DNA of 64,000 nt from an uncultured Thermoplasmata archaeon (GTDB taxonomy: Archaea; Thermoplasmatota; Thermoplasmata; UBA10834), in the NCBI GenBank assembly GCA_963719945.1, contig CAVRDX010000001.1:768001-832000 (forward strand). Direction: 5' to 3'. The first letter of the stretch is position 1, and every line of letters begins with the position of its first letter. The notes below the pieces were generated by a model. That model had not been told where the DNA came from and searched no databases. It saw only the letters and a list, made by a program, of their open reading frames with translations. The position numbers were made by a program, and so were the translations under genes. Of the stretch, positions 30,143-39,950 are shown piece by piece.

Positions 30143-30498
30143 ATCCAGATTATCTCCTCCTTCTTGAGGGCGTACACGACACCCACGAGAAGAATACCTA
30201 GGAAAGCCAACATCGAGAACTTGGCCATATCGCTTAGGTCAGTGAAGACGAGAGCCCACATGAGCACGAAGACCGTGACCAGGTCGAAGGCGATGAAAAG
30301 GATGGCGTACATATAATACTGGAAATGGAACTGAATCTGCGCCTCACCTATCGGGACTTCACCACATTCGTATGTGGTGGTACCTCGCGGATCGTTCTTA
30401 TCTGGTCTGAGATAGCGCGATAAGAGGAAGACTAGGGCAGGAAGCAAAACCGCTATGACCGCGAATGCAGCGACCCCCATATAGTCCTCTGCGAGCAT
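30139..30498 (-). CDS. nuoA: Complex I-like subunit A
   Basis: TYECGE, QYYMYAILFIAFD; three TM helices. Confidence 0.93.
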   Translation of the reverse strand: MLAEDYMGVAAFAVIAVLLPALVFLLSRYLRPDKNDPRGTTTYECGEVPIGEAQIQFHFQYYMYAILFIAFDLVTVFVLMWALVFTDLSDMAKFSMLAFLGILLVGVVYALKKEEIIWI

Positions 30499-30520
30499 CG
30501 CCCTCGGATTCGCATCAAAG

Positions 30521-30534
30521 TATTAAGGGTTTTC
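30521..30534 (-). promoter_or_regulatory. BRE-TATA promoter of the complex I-like operon (probably leaderless nuoA)
   Basis: Minus strand GAAAACCCTTAATA ending about 23 nt before the nuoA ATG. Confidence 0.6.
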
Positions 30535-30662
30535 AGTGTACGGTTCTTAGATTGTGGGCCGTCAGTATCGAATTTTCTTCAATTACTCTGCGCATTTGCA
30601 GCAGATAAGACGCGGAGAATTAGATGAAAGAGGTTTCAGCGACCGATTAGATGATGAAACGT

Positions 30663-31253
30663 CTAGCGGATGCGGATTCCACACCGCGCACAGAATGATG
30701 TATCCGAGGCAATGGTCGAGCCACATGCCGGACATGTGCCACCGACACCTCCTGGCGGAGGTATGAAAGGCGCGGGGCCAGGGGCCGTCTTCGATGCCTT
30801 GGCCTTTTCATCACCCAATATAAAGACGATAACGACGATCACGATGACCACGATTATGACAACCGTGATGATTCCGATGATGAGGACCATCGACAGGGCG
30901 TCCTCGACGTTATCAAGTATATCTATGGTATAGTTCAGATTGACCGTCGTTGTCCCTTCGTTCGCCCATGTGAATGTGTAATCTCCGCTCACTGCAGCCT
31001 CCATCGATCCTGCATCAGATACGGATACTTCATCGACCAGTGCGGTGCCAGTCGGTGAACTGAGGGTAAAATGTAGGTCGTCTTCGCAGTACCAGAGGTA
31101 GGTGATCTCGTCACCCGCACTATAATGGGCCGCGTCAGAATAGCTCGATCCAGGCTGGATGTTTCTGCTAGCATTGGCACTGACCCCCGTCGATGCGCAC
31201 AACACCATCATCAATGCCAACACGGAGCAAGCCAAAATCGGAGCATGTCTCAT
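30663..31253 (-). CDS. Membrane protein with signal peptide, small beta-rich ectodomain, TM helix, Pro-rich linker and C-terminal Zn ribbon
   Basis: Hydrophobic N-terminus, I/V-rich TM helix, PGPAPFIPPPGG, CPACG...FCARCG. Confidence 0.75.
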   Translation of the reverse strand: MRHAPILACSVLALMMVLCASTGVSANASRNIQPGSSYSDAAHYSAGDEITYLWYCEDDLHFTLSSPTGTALVDEVSVSDAGSMEAAVSGDYTFTWANEGTTTVNLNYTIDILDNVEDALSMVLIIGIITVVIIVVIVIVVIVFILGDEKAKASKTAPGPAPFIPPPGGVGGTCPACGSTIASDTSFCARCGIRIR

Positions 31254-31370
31254 GATTTATCCCGATTGATATCGGATTCACGGATATTTAGCAGTTATAG
31301 TCCCTGCAATCCACATCTCGCGCTGTAGTTGGATATGTATTTAGTACGGCCGTCGCAATCTTCGACCGAG

Positions 31371-33077
31371 ATGTCGAGACCAGACCTCGTTTTGCTCCAT
31401 CCACCGAGCGTGATGGATTTCCGAAAGAAGACCATGTTGCTGGGTCCAGTAAGTGACCTTATACCTTCAACACCGGTGTTCGAGATGTATCCGATCGGAT
31501 TCACAACGATGGCGTCCCATCTCGAGTCGAAGGGGTACTCGGTCAGGATAGCAAACATTGCAAACAAGATGCTGTCATCCAACAGATTCAACCCGGACAG
31601 GTTCGTGAAATCCATCGATGCGGGCATGTTCGGAATCGACCTGCACTGGATGCCCCATGTGCAAGGGGCCCTGGAACTGGCGAAGATGGTGAAGAGGCAT
31701 CATCCAGACAGACCAGTTGTGATGGGTGGGTTCAGCTCATCATACTATCACGAAGAGCTCATGGCGAAGCATCCGGAGGTGGATTATGTCCTTAGAGGGG
31801 ATTCCACCGAGGTGCCGCTTGAGAAACTCATTTCCTCCCTGGAGTCGAGGAAATCACTCGAAGACGTCCCGAACCTGACATGGAGGAGAGAGGGGAGTAC
31901 GAAGGTCAACCCCATCACAAATGTGCCGGATACCCTCGACGACATTGAGATAGATTATGGGTTGATGATCCGCAAGGTGCTAAGGTATAGGGATCTGGAC
32001 GGGCACATGCCATACAAGAACTGGAAGAACAACCCCATGTCCATCGCGGTGGCGGTCAGGGGATGCACGCACAACTGCATCAACTGCGCAGGATCGTGCG
32101 ACTCGTTCGCCAGGAACTTCGCAAGGACCAAGCCCGCATATCGATCACCAGACCTACTCGCAGATGACATCGCAAAGGCCGAGGAATACATCAAAGGTGC
32201 CACATTCATAGTCGGTGATATCAGACAGCCAGGGAAGGCATATGCATCGAAGTTCCTCAAGGCGATAAAGGAGCGCAACGTGGAGAACGAGGTCATCATC
32301 GAGCTCTTCACCCCAGCGGACAAGGAATTTGCTGCAGATGTCGGGAAGAGCATCGAGTCGTTCAGCGTCCAGATGTCACCCGAGACTCACGATGACGAGG
32401 TCAGGAAGGCTCAGGGAAAGCCGTATACAACTTCAGGGCTTGAGAAATCCATAGATGCGTTCCTGAAAGCGGGTTGTGGTCGATTCGACATATTCTACAT
32501 GATAGGGTTGCCGATGCAGACGAGCGATTCAGTCGACGGGACCGTGGCATACACCAGGAAGCTTTACGATCAGTTCAAAGGTCAGAATGTGTTCCCATTC
32601 ATCAGTCCATTGGCACCATTCCTGGATCCTGGCGGGAACGCTTTCGAATTCGCGGATAAGCTCGGATACAAACTATTCGCGTCCACGCTCGAGGACCATG
32701 TGAGGCTAGCATCCACACCGAGCTGGAAATACGTGCTAAACTACGAGACGCAATGGATGACGAGGGACCAGATTGTCGAATCCACATACTCGGCCGGACT
32801 CAACCTCAACTTCATAAAGAAGGAGATGGGGCTGATAGGGGACGATATCGCAGACAGGACCGAGAACAGGATAATCGCTGCTAGGGATATGATGCGCAAG
32901 ATCGATTCCATCGTGGCAAAGGGCAAGGCGAGTGGAAACGACCTCGATTCGCTGAGGGAAGCCGCGACCAGGCTCAGCGAATCCACGGTGTGTGAGAAGG
33001 AAGAGCTGGATTGGTCCGAGAGCTCGATCTATGCGAGCATACCAAGGATGGTCAGTGCCCTTCTCAGGAAGAAGTGA
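31371..33077 (+). CDS. B12-binding radical SAM protein (resembles the Ta0216/TIGR04190 family)
   Basis: DLVLLHPPSV.DFRK..GPVSD.IPSTPVFEMYPIGF N-terminus, GIDLHW, VMGG, radical SAM motif RGCTHNCINC; start set at MSRPDL. Confidence 0.85.
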   Translation: MSRPDLVLLHPPSVMDFRKKTMLLGPVSDLIPSTPVFEMYPIGFTTMASHLESKGYSVRIANIANKMLSSNRFNPDRFVKSIDAGMFGIDLHWMPHVQGALELAKMVKRHHPDRPVVMGGFSSSYYHEELMAKHPEVDYVLRGDSTEVPLEKLISSLESRKSLEDVPNLTWRREGSTKVNPITNVPDTLDDIEIDYGLMIRKVLRYRDLDGHMPYKNWKNNPMSIAVAVRGCTHNCINCAGSCDSFARNFARTKPAYRSPDLLADDIAKAEEYIKGATFIVGDIRQPGKAYASKFLKAIKERNVENEVIIELFTPADKEFAADVGKSIESFSVQMSPETHDDEVRKAQGKPYTTSGLEKSIDAFLKAGCGRFDIFYMIGLPMQTSDSVDGTVAYTRKLYDQFKGQNVFPFISPLAPFLDPGGNAFEFADKLGYKLFASTLEDHVRLASTPSWKYVLNYETQWMTRDQIVESTYSAGLNLNFIKKEMGLIGDDIADRTENRIIAARDMMRKIDSIVAKGKASGNDLDSLREAATRLSESTVCEKEELDWSESSIYASIPRMVSALLRKK

Positions 33078-33110
33078 GGCTGAAGTTATAAGAACGGAAT
33101 CGCCCATGCT

Positions 33111-33848
33111 ATGAGCGGTCCCATGATTCTGAACATATACGGTTATCAGGACTCAGGCAAAACCGTAACTGTGGAGAAGCTCGTCAAGAAGCTGGTTCAG
33201 ATAGGATACAGGGTGTCCTCCGTAAAGCACAGCAGCACTGAAGATGAGATCGACGAAGAGGGCAAGGACACCTGGAGGCACTGGAAAGTCGGAAGCGACC
33301 CTGTCGTCCTGTCCGCCAAGAAAGGGACCGTGTTCTTCATACATTCCGGATTGTCCAGCGATGAGATCATCGAAAGCCTCAAGTGCAGCCATGACCCGGA
33401 TGTGATCATACTCGAAGGATTCAAGGACTCCGACATCTACCCGAAGATCTCCATCGGAGACATAAAACCAAGAAAGGGCACCATAATGAACAACCCTGAC
33501 CTGAAGACCCTGGTGCATTATGTCGAGCACGAGGTCGAGGTCGAGCGACTGATCAAGAGACTGCCAATGCTCAACTGCAGAAAGTGTGGAATGGACTGCG
33601 ATTCACTGGCCAGGGCAATAGTGGAAGGAAGTCGTAGGATAGAGGACTGCAGGGAGATGCCGTCCAGAGAAGTCGAGATACTGGTCGGCGGGAAGAGGAT
33701 AGCGACAGGCACTTTCGTGTCTGAGATAGTCGACGACACGATTCGGGGCATGCTTGGGAGTCTGAAAGGTTACGAATCCGGCAAGGATGTTGAAATCCGT
33801 CTCAAGGCTAATAAGCAGGCTTCGAAAAGAAGTCCATCGAGGAAATGA
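33111..33848 (+). CDS. mobB: Molybdopterin-guanine dinucleotide biosynthesis protein MobB with C-terminal FeS domain
   Basis: GYQDSGKT, VKH, GKDTWRH, ILEGFK, LPMLNCRKCG..C...C. Confidence 0.88.
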   Translation: MSGPMILNIYGYQDSGKTVTVEKLVKKLVQIGYRVSSVKHSSTEDEIDEEGKDTWRHWKVGSDPVVLSAKKGTVFFIHSGLSSDEIIESLKCSHDPDVIILEGFKDSDIYPKISIGDIKPRKGTIMNNPDLKTLVHYVEHEVEVERLIKRLPMLNCRKCGMDCDSLARAIVEGSRRIEDCREMPSREVEILVGGKRIATGTFVSEIVDDTIRGMLGSLKGYESGKDVEIRLKANKQASKRSPSRK

Positions 33849-33932
33849 ATAGATGGAGATGACCCAGCACATCCATACATTCTGCGCTAGGTTTATGAAT
33901 GTCTACGATATCCCGAGAGCCAGTATCATATG

Positions 33933-33988
33933 GGTCCTTCCGCGCTGAAATCGCGGAGGGATCACAGAGGAGCGGTAAACGCTCACCT
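33933..33988 (+). promoter_or_regulatory. Two-hairpin 5' leader upstream of the HdrD-like gene
   Basis: 12-bp stem 33933-33944/33952-33963 (two G-U pairs) and GAGCG/CGCTC stem directly before the GGTGA RBS. Confidence 0.45.
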
Positions 33989-33999
33989 GGTGACAACTC

Positions 34000-35157
34000 A
34001 TGAGGAAGATCTCAGAGATCGAAAAGGACCTCGATGCATGCCTTCAATGCGGATACTGCAGGGATACCTGCCCAGTCTACAAACAGATCGGTTGGGAATC
34101 GGCCACGCCGAGAGGCAAAGTGTTCTACCTGAAACAGATAAAGAACAAGACCCCGGTGGACACATTGCTCCGAAGGACGCCGAAGATAGATGAGAAGTTC
34201 GTCGAGAGGATATTCCAGTGCACTTCATGCGCTGCATGCGAACATAACTGCCATGTCGAGATCGACTTCGCCAAGCTATGGGAAGAGGTAAAGGAATGGC
34301 TGATTGACCAGGGCCATGGGCCCATGGAAGCCCATAAGAAGATAAAGGAAAGGGTCGTGGCCAAGCACAACCCATTTGATGAGCCTAAGGAGAAGAGGCC
34401 GGCGTGGTTGCCAAAGGATGTGAAGCTCTCAGATAACCCAGAGGTGGTCTTCTTCACCGGTTGCACCGAGGCATACAGGATGCAGCCGCTCGCTGTTGCG
34501 ACCGCAAAGCTCCTGGACAAAGCTGGGGTCGCATTCACTACCATGGGAGAAGAGGAATGGTGCTGCGGGTCGCCGCTCCTTAGGACAGGGCAGAAAATAC
34601 CAGTGATGCAGGAGATCGCACCTCACAACGTGCAGGAGATGGAGAGGCACGGTTGGAAGACGATGGTCACTGCATGCGCGGGCTGCTACAACACGATGAA
34701 GAACGACTATCCGAAGATGGTCGGAAAACCATCGTTCAAGCTCTACCATGTCTCAGAGTACCTAGATAAGCTCATCAAAGAGAACAAGCTCAAATTCACC
34801 AAGGAGTTCAAGAAGAAGGTCGCCTACCACGACCCATGCCACCTTGGAAGGCACGCGAAGGTGTACGATGCCCCCAGGAACGTCCTCAGGGCCATACCTG
34901 GGCTGGAATTGGTTGAGATGAGGCACGAGAAGGGAGATTCTCAGTGCTGTGGCGCTGGTGGAGGGTTCAAAGCCGCCTTCAACGACATGGCGGAGAGCAT
35001 CGCAGCAGATAGGGTCAAGGAAGCCATCGATGCGGGGGCCGAGCTGATCGTCACATCGTGTCCGTTCTGTCAGGTCAACCTCAACGCAGGTGCCAAGAAA
35101 GCGGGCGTGGACATCAAGACGATGGATGTCGTGCAGGTCGCCTTGCAGGCTCTCTGA
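34000..35157 (+). CDS. HdrD/GlcF-like Fe-S oxidoreductase (2x[4Fe-4S] plus two CCG domains)
   Basis: CLQCGYC..TCP, CTSCAAC..NC, FTGC, EWCCG, TACAGC, HDPC, QCCG, TSCPFC. Confidence 0.9.
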   Translation: MRKISEIEKDLDACLQCGYCRDTCPVYKQIGWESATPRGKVFYLKQIKNKTPVDTLLRRTPKIDEKFVERIFQCTSCAACEHNCHVEIDFAKLWEEVKEWLIDQGHGPMEAHKKIKERVVAKHNPFDEPKEKRPAWLPKDVKLSDNPEVVFFTGCTEAYRMQPLAVATAKLLDKAGVAFTTMGEEEWCCGSPLLRTGQKIPVMQEIAPHNVQEMERHGWKTMVTACAGCYNTMKNDYPKMVGKPSFKLYHVSEYLDKLIKENKLKFTKEFKKKVAYHDPCHLGRHAKVYDAPRNVLRAIPGLELVEMRHEKGDSQCCGAGGGFKAAFNDMAESIAADRVKEAIDAGAELIVTSCPFCQVNLNAGAKKAGVDIKTMDVVQVALQAL

Positions 35158-35848
35158 TCGAGAGCCGTCTTAGGACGGCCTCGCTTTTCAGTTCTCTGAG
35201 AGCGTCCGAGGCAATCCATTTCGCAGTTCGGGAATCAGATTCGGAGATTTCCTCCGCAACTTCGATCGCCAACTCGTTCAATCTAAGATTGCGCTTGCCG
35301 ATCTGGCGTAGAGCCCAATTGACCGCTTTCTTGACGAAATTCCTATCGTCCCGTGACTCCCGCACGATGACTGGAAAGAATATCATGAATGATTCGTCGG
35401 GCGCATGCTTGTCATGAACAGAGAGTGCAGCCATGATGACGAAACCCGCCCTCTTGACGAACTCTCGATCTGATGATGCGAACTCCATCGCGATCTCATA
35501 GGCAAACGGGGTTCTATCGAAGAGGTTGCTGCAAACCTGGTCGCAAATGTCCCACGAATCGAAGTCAGAGGTCCATGTGATCACCTGCTCGCGCGTGATC
35601 ATCGAAGGTTCGTCTATCATGGAAGCGAGTATTCGGGCCTCGTGTATCCCTGAACCCCAAAGAGAGAGAGCAAGATCATGATCTCTCGGGATGGATTTCG
35701 CCATCCCCCTCAGAGTGGTCACTGAGATGCCAAGTGTGTCGTGAGAAGATATCCCGAATCGGGCCATCCCCGCCACATTAGAAGGATTCTCCATCGACCG
35801 TAGTTCTTCTACGATGGTTTCGAACCTCGATCTCAGATCCCCGTCCAC
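35114..35848 (-). CDS. DNA alkylation repair protein (AlkD-like HEAT repeat)
   Basis: GMARFGI, LW.SGIHEARILA, FDSWDICDQ, DDRNFVKKAVNWALRQIGKR. Confidence 0.88.
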   Translation of the reverse strand: MDGDLRSRFETIVEELRSMENPSNVAGMARFGISSHDTLGISVTTLRGMAKSIPRDHDLALSLWGSGIHEARILASMIDEPSMITREQVITWTSDFDSWDICDQVCSNLFDRTPFAYEIAMEFASSDREFVKRAGFVIMAALSVHDKHAPDESFMIFFPVIVRESRDDRNFVKKAVNWALRQIGKRNLRLNELAIEVAEEISESDSRTAKWIASDALRELKSEAVLRRLSIREPARRPARHPSS

Positions 35849-36351
35849 GGAACTCCCTTATGGGCGCTCATAACTATCTGAGTATCTGTCTCCTTGACTC
35901 CATCGATCTTCAGGAAGTTGTCAATGAACTCCTGCAGCTCGCTCATGCCAACGAAGAGGGCAACGACGAGTAGGTCGTATTCGCCAGTTACGCGATATAC
36001 GGCGACCACGCGGTTGTGGTTGACGACATGGTCGACGACCCTGTCCAACTTATCGGTCACGGTCTTGAGGTGGATATAGGCCTTCACGGTATTCTCGATA
36101 AGTCGGTAGTCTATGTGGATCGAGAAGCGCATGATTATGCCCTTGTCAATGAGATTCTTGATACGCCTTCTGACGGTGGCCTCAGTGACATCGAGCTTCT
36201 TGGCGATCTCCGAGTTGCTCATCCTCGCGTTCTCGCGGAGTTCGCACAGGATGCGTATGTCTGTCTTGTCAATCGGGAGCAGCTTGAGATCCAGACCCTT
36301 CCATCTCTCGAATATCTCGCAAGGGTGCTGGCTTAGCGGAAGTGTGTTCAT
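35833..36351 (-). CDS. Lrp/AsnC family transcriptional regulator
   Basis: IDKTDIRIL..L.ENARMS.SEIA..L.VTEATVRRRI, VYRVTGEYDL; the true start is probably about 20 codons downstream. Confidence 0.92.
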   Translation of the reverse strand: MNTLPLSQHPCEIFERWKGLDLKLLPIDKTDIRILCELRENARMSNSEIAKKLDVTEATVRRRIKNLIDKGIIMRFSIHIDYRLIENTVKAYIHLKTVTDKLDRVVDHVVNHNRVVAVYRVTGEYDLLVVALFVGMSELQEFIDNFLKIDGVKETDTQIVMSAHKGVPWTGI

Positions 36352-36490
36352 CAGATCCCGGAGTCCCGTAGATTGATAGAGTACTTCAATCTAACGGAAT
36401 TCATGCAAAAAAGCGTCCCCGTGTATGCGTTTTCGTACATGAACAGCACATTTGATAACGATTGGTGATACGAAAATCGGCGAAAACCGC

Positions 36491-37273
36491 TCATTTGCCG
36501 AACCGACGGCCTCTCATCTGATATGACCGCACAGCCCTCAGGAAGTCGATCTTCCTGAAGCCAGGCCAGTACACATCGGAAAAATATAACTCTGAATATG
36601 CGAGCTGCCACAACAGGAAGTTGGAGATTCGCTCCTCGCCAGACGTCCTCAGGATGAGGTCCGGGTCTGGCAGTTCAGCGGTGTAAAGATATCCCGAGAA
36701 CAACTCAGAATCGATGCTGTCCACGGTGATCTTCCCGTCCTTGACATCCCTTGCCATGTTCCTGATCGCATCTATGATCTCCTCCCTTCCGCCGTATCCA
36801 ACTGCGATATTGAAGAAGTAGTTGTCATAATCCTTTGTCTTCTCCTCCGCATACATGATGGATTCCTTGAGATCCTTGGGAAGGAGGTCCCGAGAACCTA
36901 TGACCCTGACCCGTATCCTGTTCTTGTGGACCCTGTCGTCGTCGCCCAGCACTTTGAAGTTCTGCACGAACATGCGCATCAGTGTCTCTATCTCACCCTT
37001 CTCCCTGCTGACGTTCTCTGTTGAGAAGGCATAGACGGTGAGCACCCTGATACCGAGCTCCAAACACCATTCAAGCATCTCCTCGAGCTTGTCCTTCCCC
37101 TTCTCATGGCCTTCTGAGACCAGAATGCCCACCTCGTGAGCATAACGTCTGTTGCCATCCATTATGACCGCTACATGGTGCGGGACCGGATTGGACATGA
37201 CCTCTTTCAGCAGACGCTTCTCATAGGTCTGGTAGGCAGTACTGGAAATAGCTCTTGAGATCTCACCAGTCAT
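36491..37273 (-). CDS. uppS: cis-prenyltransferase (undecaprenyl diphosphate synthase family)
   Basis: HVAVIMDGNRRYA, YAFSTEN, YGGREEI, PDPDLILRTSGEERISNFLLWQ. Confidence 0.95.
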   Translation of the reverse strand: MTGEISRAISSTAYQTYEKRLLKEVMSNPVPHHVAVIMDGNRRYAHEVGILVSEGHEKGKDKLEEMLEWCLELGIRVLTVYAFSTENVSREKGEIETLMRMFVQNFKVLGDDDRVHKNRIRVRVIGSRDLLPKDLKESIMYAEEKTKDYDNYFFNIAVGYGGREEIIDAIRNMARDVKDGKITVDSIDSELFSGYLYTAELPDPDLILRTSGEERISNFLLWQLAYSELYFSDVYWPGFRKIDFLRAVRSYQMRGRRFGK

Positions 37274-37311
37274 TTGTTTCGCACCAACTCTATAGAAGAG
37301 GCTTATTAAAG

Positions 37312-38268
37312 TTATGTGTGTCCGAAATCCTCGGGAAGGCCAGCACTGTAAAGGCCCAGGTCAAAACAGCCGATAGCGGCAACCGCTCCTATCGCCCCGC
37401 GTTCGCCTGTCACCTTTATGACCTTGACACCATTCATCTCGGCCACATGTTCTGCATCGTGTATAGATAATATTGTATCCTTGGCCTGGGCTCCGAATCT
37501 GACAAGGGATGCTGGTATGTCCAGACCTTCGAAGGCAGTCATAACGGTCTGGTCTGAGTATGTGTTCTCCGATATGAATTTCCGGCACCATTCTATGGTT
37601 CTCTCGATGTCGTCTGCAAGAACCGCGAAGGACAACGCTGTGGCCGCGCAATTAGTGGTCTTCTGAGGAGCATGAGGGTTGAGTTGGACAATCTTGTGCG
37701 ACAGCAGGAGTCCGTAGGGCATCTCCCGGCCCATCTTCAGACCAGTGACCCATGTCGCCCCCTTCTCCTTAGTGTCAGTGTCGTCAACGCCGATTATCAA
37801 ACGCCTATGCGCAGGAGTGGTCAACCGTATCTCCACCTGCCGCGAACCGCCGACCTGCTCGTCGCTCAGGTATTCAACTTTCTCCACGCCCTCGGCCTGT
37901 GGGAGGCATGCACCCACACCCACGCTAGCTCCTGCAAGGCCCATCCAAGTGGTCTCGACCTTGCCGTCGCGGACATGGAGGGATTTCAGCGCCTGCCCGC
38001 CAGTCTCCTTCGCAGCAGGTCCGAACCGGACTTCGCCCTCTCCTATCCGCGCATCCATTATCAGGGTGGTTCCCTGCACCTCGACATGATCGACAACGCC
38101 TCCTGCCCTGAGCCTATTGATCGCGTCCCATTCCACAGGCCCCTGAGCACAGCATTCTTCCACGATCTTGGCCCGTTTGGACCTCTCATCGACCATGGTG
38201 ATTAGCCGTCTGGCGAACATGCCACCATGCTTTTCACGTATCTGCGCTGGGGTAAATACCTTGGACAT
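37312..38268 (-). CDS. Methanogenesis marker protein 11-like (DUF1743, TiaS-related GxDDTD domain)
   Basis: EECC..GPVEW...NR..AGG, GLAGASVGVGACLPQAEGV, IIGVDDTDTKEKGATW, VQLNP..P.KTTNC. Confidence 0.72.
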   Translation of the reverse strand: MSKVFTPAQIREKHGGMFARRLITMVDERSKRAKIVEECCAQGPVEWDAINRLRAGGVVDHVEVQGTTLIMDARIGEGEVRFGPAAKETGGQALKSLHVRDGKVETTWMGLAGASVGVGACLPQAEGVEKVEYLSDEQVGGSRQVEIRLTTPAHRRLIIGVDDTDTKEKGATWVTGLKMGREMPYGLLLSHKIVQLNPHAPQKTTNCAATALSFAVLADDIERTIEWCRKFISENTYSDQTVMTAFEGLDIPASLVRFGAQAKDTILSIHDAEHVAEMNGVKVIKVTGERGAIGAVAAIGCFDLGLYSAGLPEDFGHT

Positions 38269-38274
38269 TCGTGA

Positions 38275-38985
38275 TCAGACTTCCAGGGTTTCGCCAGGTT
38301 CCATTATGGCTACTCTCGCCTTGGACGATTTCTTGACAAGCTTCGCAAATTCCGCTGGATCCTGCTCGATAAGAGGCCAGGTCCCATAGTGCATTGGTAT
38401 GACCATCTTGGGTTCTATCAACTTCGTCGCAAGGGCGGCCTGTCGCGGATCCATCGTATAGAAACCGCCGATTGGAAGCATGGCGATCTCTGGCTTGTAC
38501 AGCTCGCCGATAAGCTTCATGTCCCCGAACACACTGGTGTCCCCTGCATGATAAATGATCTTGCCAGTATCAATGATCAGCCCAACGGCCATGGCCGCTG
38601 AGAACTCCAGTCCTGGAGCACCTATGCTGGAAGAATGGAATGCTGGCACCATGGTGATGCTGGTATCCCGGACCTTCACGGTCCCGCCAAGATTGAATCC
38701 GATGCTCTTCACTTCACATCTCTCGAGATATGCGGACATCTCGACGATTGAGACGATCTCGGCTCCAGTCCGTCGTGCGATCGGTACGGCATCGCCAAGG
38801 TGGTCTCCGTGTCCATGAGTGACGCATATGATGTCGCAGTCTACCTCCTCGGGCTTAACGGCTGCCTTCGGATTGCCCGTCAGAAACGGATCGACCAGTA
38901 CCTTGTCTCGGCCTTCTATCAGAAACGCTGAATGACTTAGCCACTTTATCTTCATGCCAACCATCCCATGGACTCCATGGCCCAC
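38275..38985 (-). CDS. Metallo-beta-lactamase-fold hydrolase (UPF0173-like)
   Basis: WLSHSAF, DPFLTGNP, THGHGDH, YHAGDT, LPIGG, PMHYGTW. Confidence 0.9.
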   Translation of the reverse strand: MGHGVHGMVGMKIKWLSHSAFLIEGRDKVLVDPFLTGNPKAAVKPEEVDCDIICVTHGHGDHLGDAVPIARRTGAEIVSIVEMSAYLERCEVKSIGFNLGGTVKVRDTSITMVPAFHSSSIGAPGLEFSAAMAVGLIIDTGKIIYHAGDTSVFGDMKLIGELYKPEIAMLPIGGFYTMDPRQAALATKLIEPKMVIPMHYGTWPLIEQDPAEFAKLVKKSSKARVAIMEPGETLEV

Positions 38986-39014
38986 TGGCTATTTCTTAGT
39001 TTTGAACCCAGCCA

Positions 39015-39869
39015 TCACGGAGCTGGATCGATAGCCAAGTACCTGCCGACCAGATCCTGTAGACTCATTGCCCGGACCCCATGATCCTCATATATCAACC
39101 ATTTCCCCTTGACCCCGAGGGGGTTGCCCCTGTGCCGGCCAGAGGTCTCCATGAGTTCCGGAGGGGATTGTAGAGGCAGAGATATCGGATATCCTTCCAG
39201 AAAGGTCAATGGCTCGGCCGAGAGCCCGTAACGATCATTGATCGAGGATGCGATCGATCGGTATACGCGCTCCATTGCAGGAGGATCTACGGGGTCGGTG
39301 AACCCCTGCAGCACAGTCCGCTGACGAATCCCCTGTGATATACTGAGCTTGGACGACACATCCTTCTCCGCAGACCGGGCTTTCTTCCTGTTCGGGTAGC
39401 TTCCGATTATGGAGAACGCATCTGCGCCCTGCTCGATCAATCGACGCTCGACCCTTCGGGTGGAGCTCATCCCGATCTTCGGGATCGTATTATAGAACGC
39501 AAGGTAGAGTACATGTTCCCTCTTGCAGAACTCGATGTCACATTCCTCCCCCTCGCACCTGGGCTCGAACACGCATTCCTGGAATGGGATGAAAGACTCG
39601 CCGGAGCATGATTCGCACTGAGGGAACTTGGTCACCTGAGATCCGCCAGGGCATTTGACATGCCTGTCACCATCGAAGTATCCCACACATGTCTTCGACT
39701 TGCTCACGGTCATGGCCAACCGCGGGACGTCCAGCTCTAAGATGCCACCGTCCCTCCGATCGAGGCAGACCAATGACGGTCTGAAACCGTTCCACTCGAA
39801 TTCGAGCACGTGTAACGGCAGGGAATCCTGCCTCATCTCGAGCCAAAGCACGTCTGCGCCGACGAACAT
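39015..39869 (-). CDS. DUF2797-like Cys-rich protein
   Basis: CVG...CP...QCESC, C...C..EH.LYLA....KIG.S...RLIEQGA, GVKG. Confidence 0.75.
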   Translation of the reverse strand: MFVGADVLWLEMRQDSLPLHVLEFEWNGFRPSLVCLDRRDGGILELDVPRLAMTVSKSKTCVGYFDGDRHVKCPGGSQVTKFPQCESCSGESFIPFQECVFEPRCEGEECDIEFCKREHVLYLAFYNTIPKIGMSSTRRVERRLIEQGADAFSIIGSYPNRKKARSAEKDVSSKLSISQGIRQRTVLQGFTDPVDPPAMERVYRSIASSINDRYGLSAEPLTFLEGYPISLPLQSPPELMETSGRHRGNPLGVKGKWLIYEDHGVRAMSLQDLVGRYLAIDPAP

Positions 39870-39950
39870 CTAGCATAACCTCTGACACGATACCTTTTAT
39901 CGATTACGGTGGGTCTACTGAAAATAGGCCTTGCCAGATCATCGGATGGT

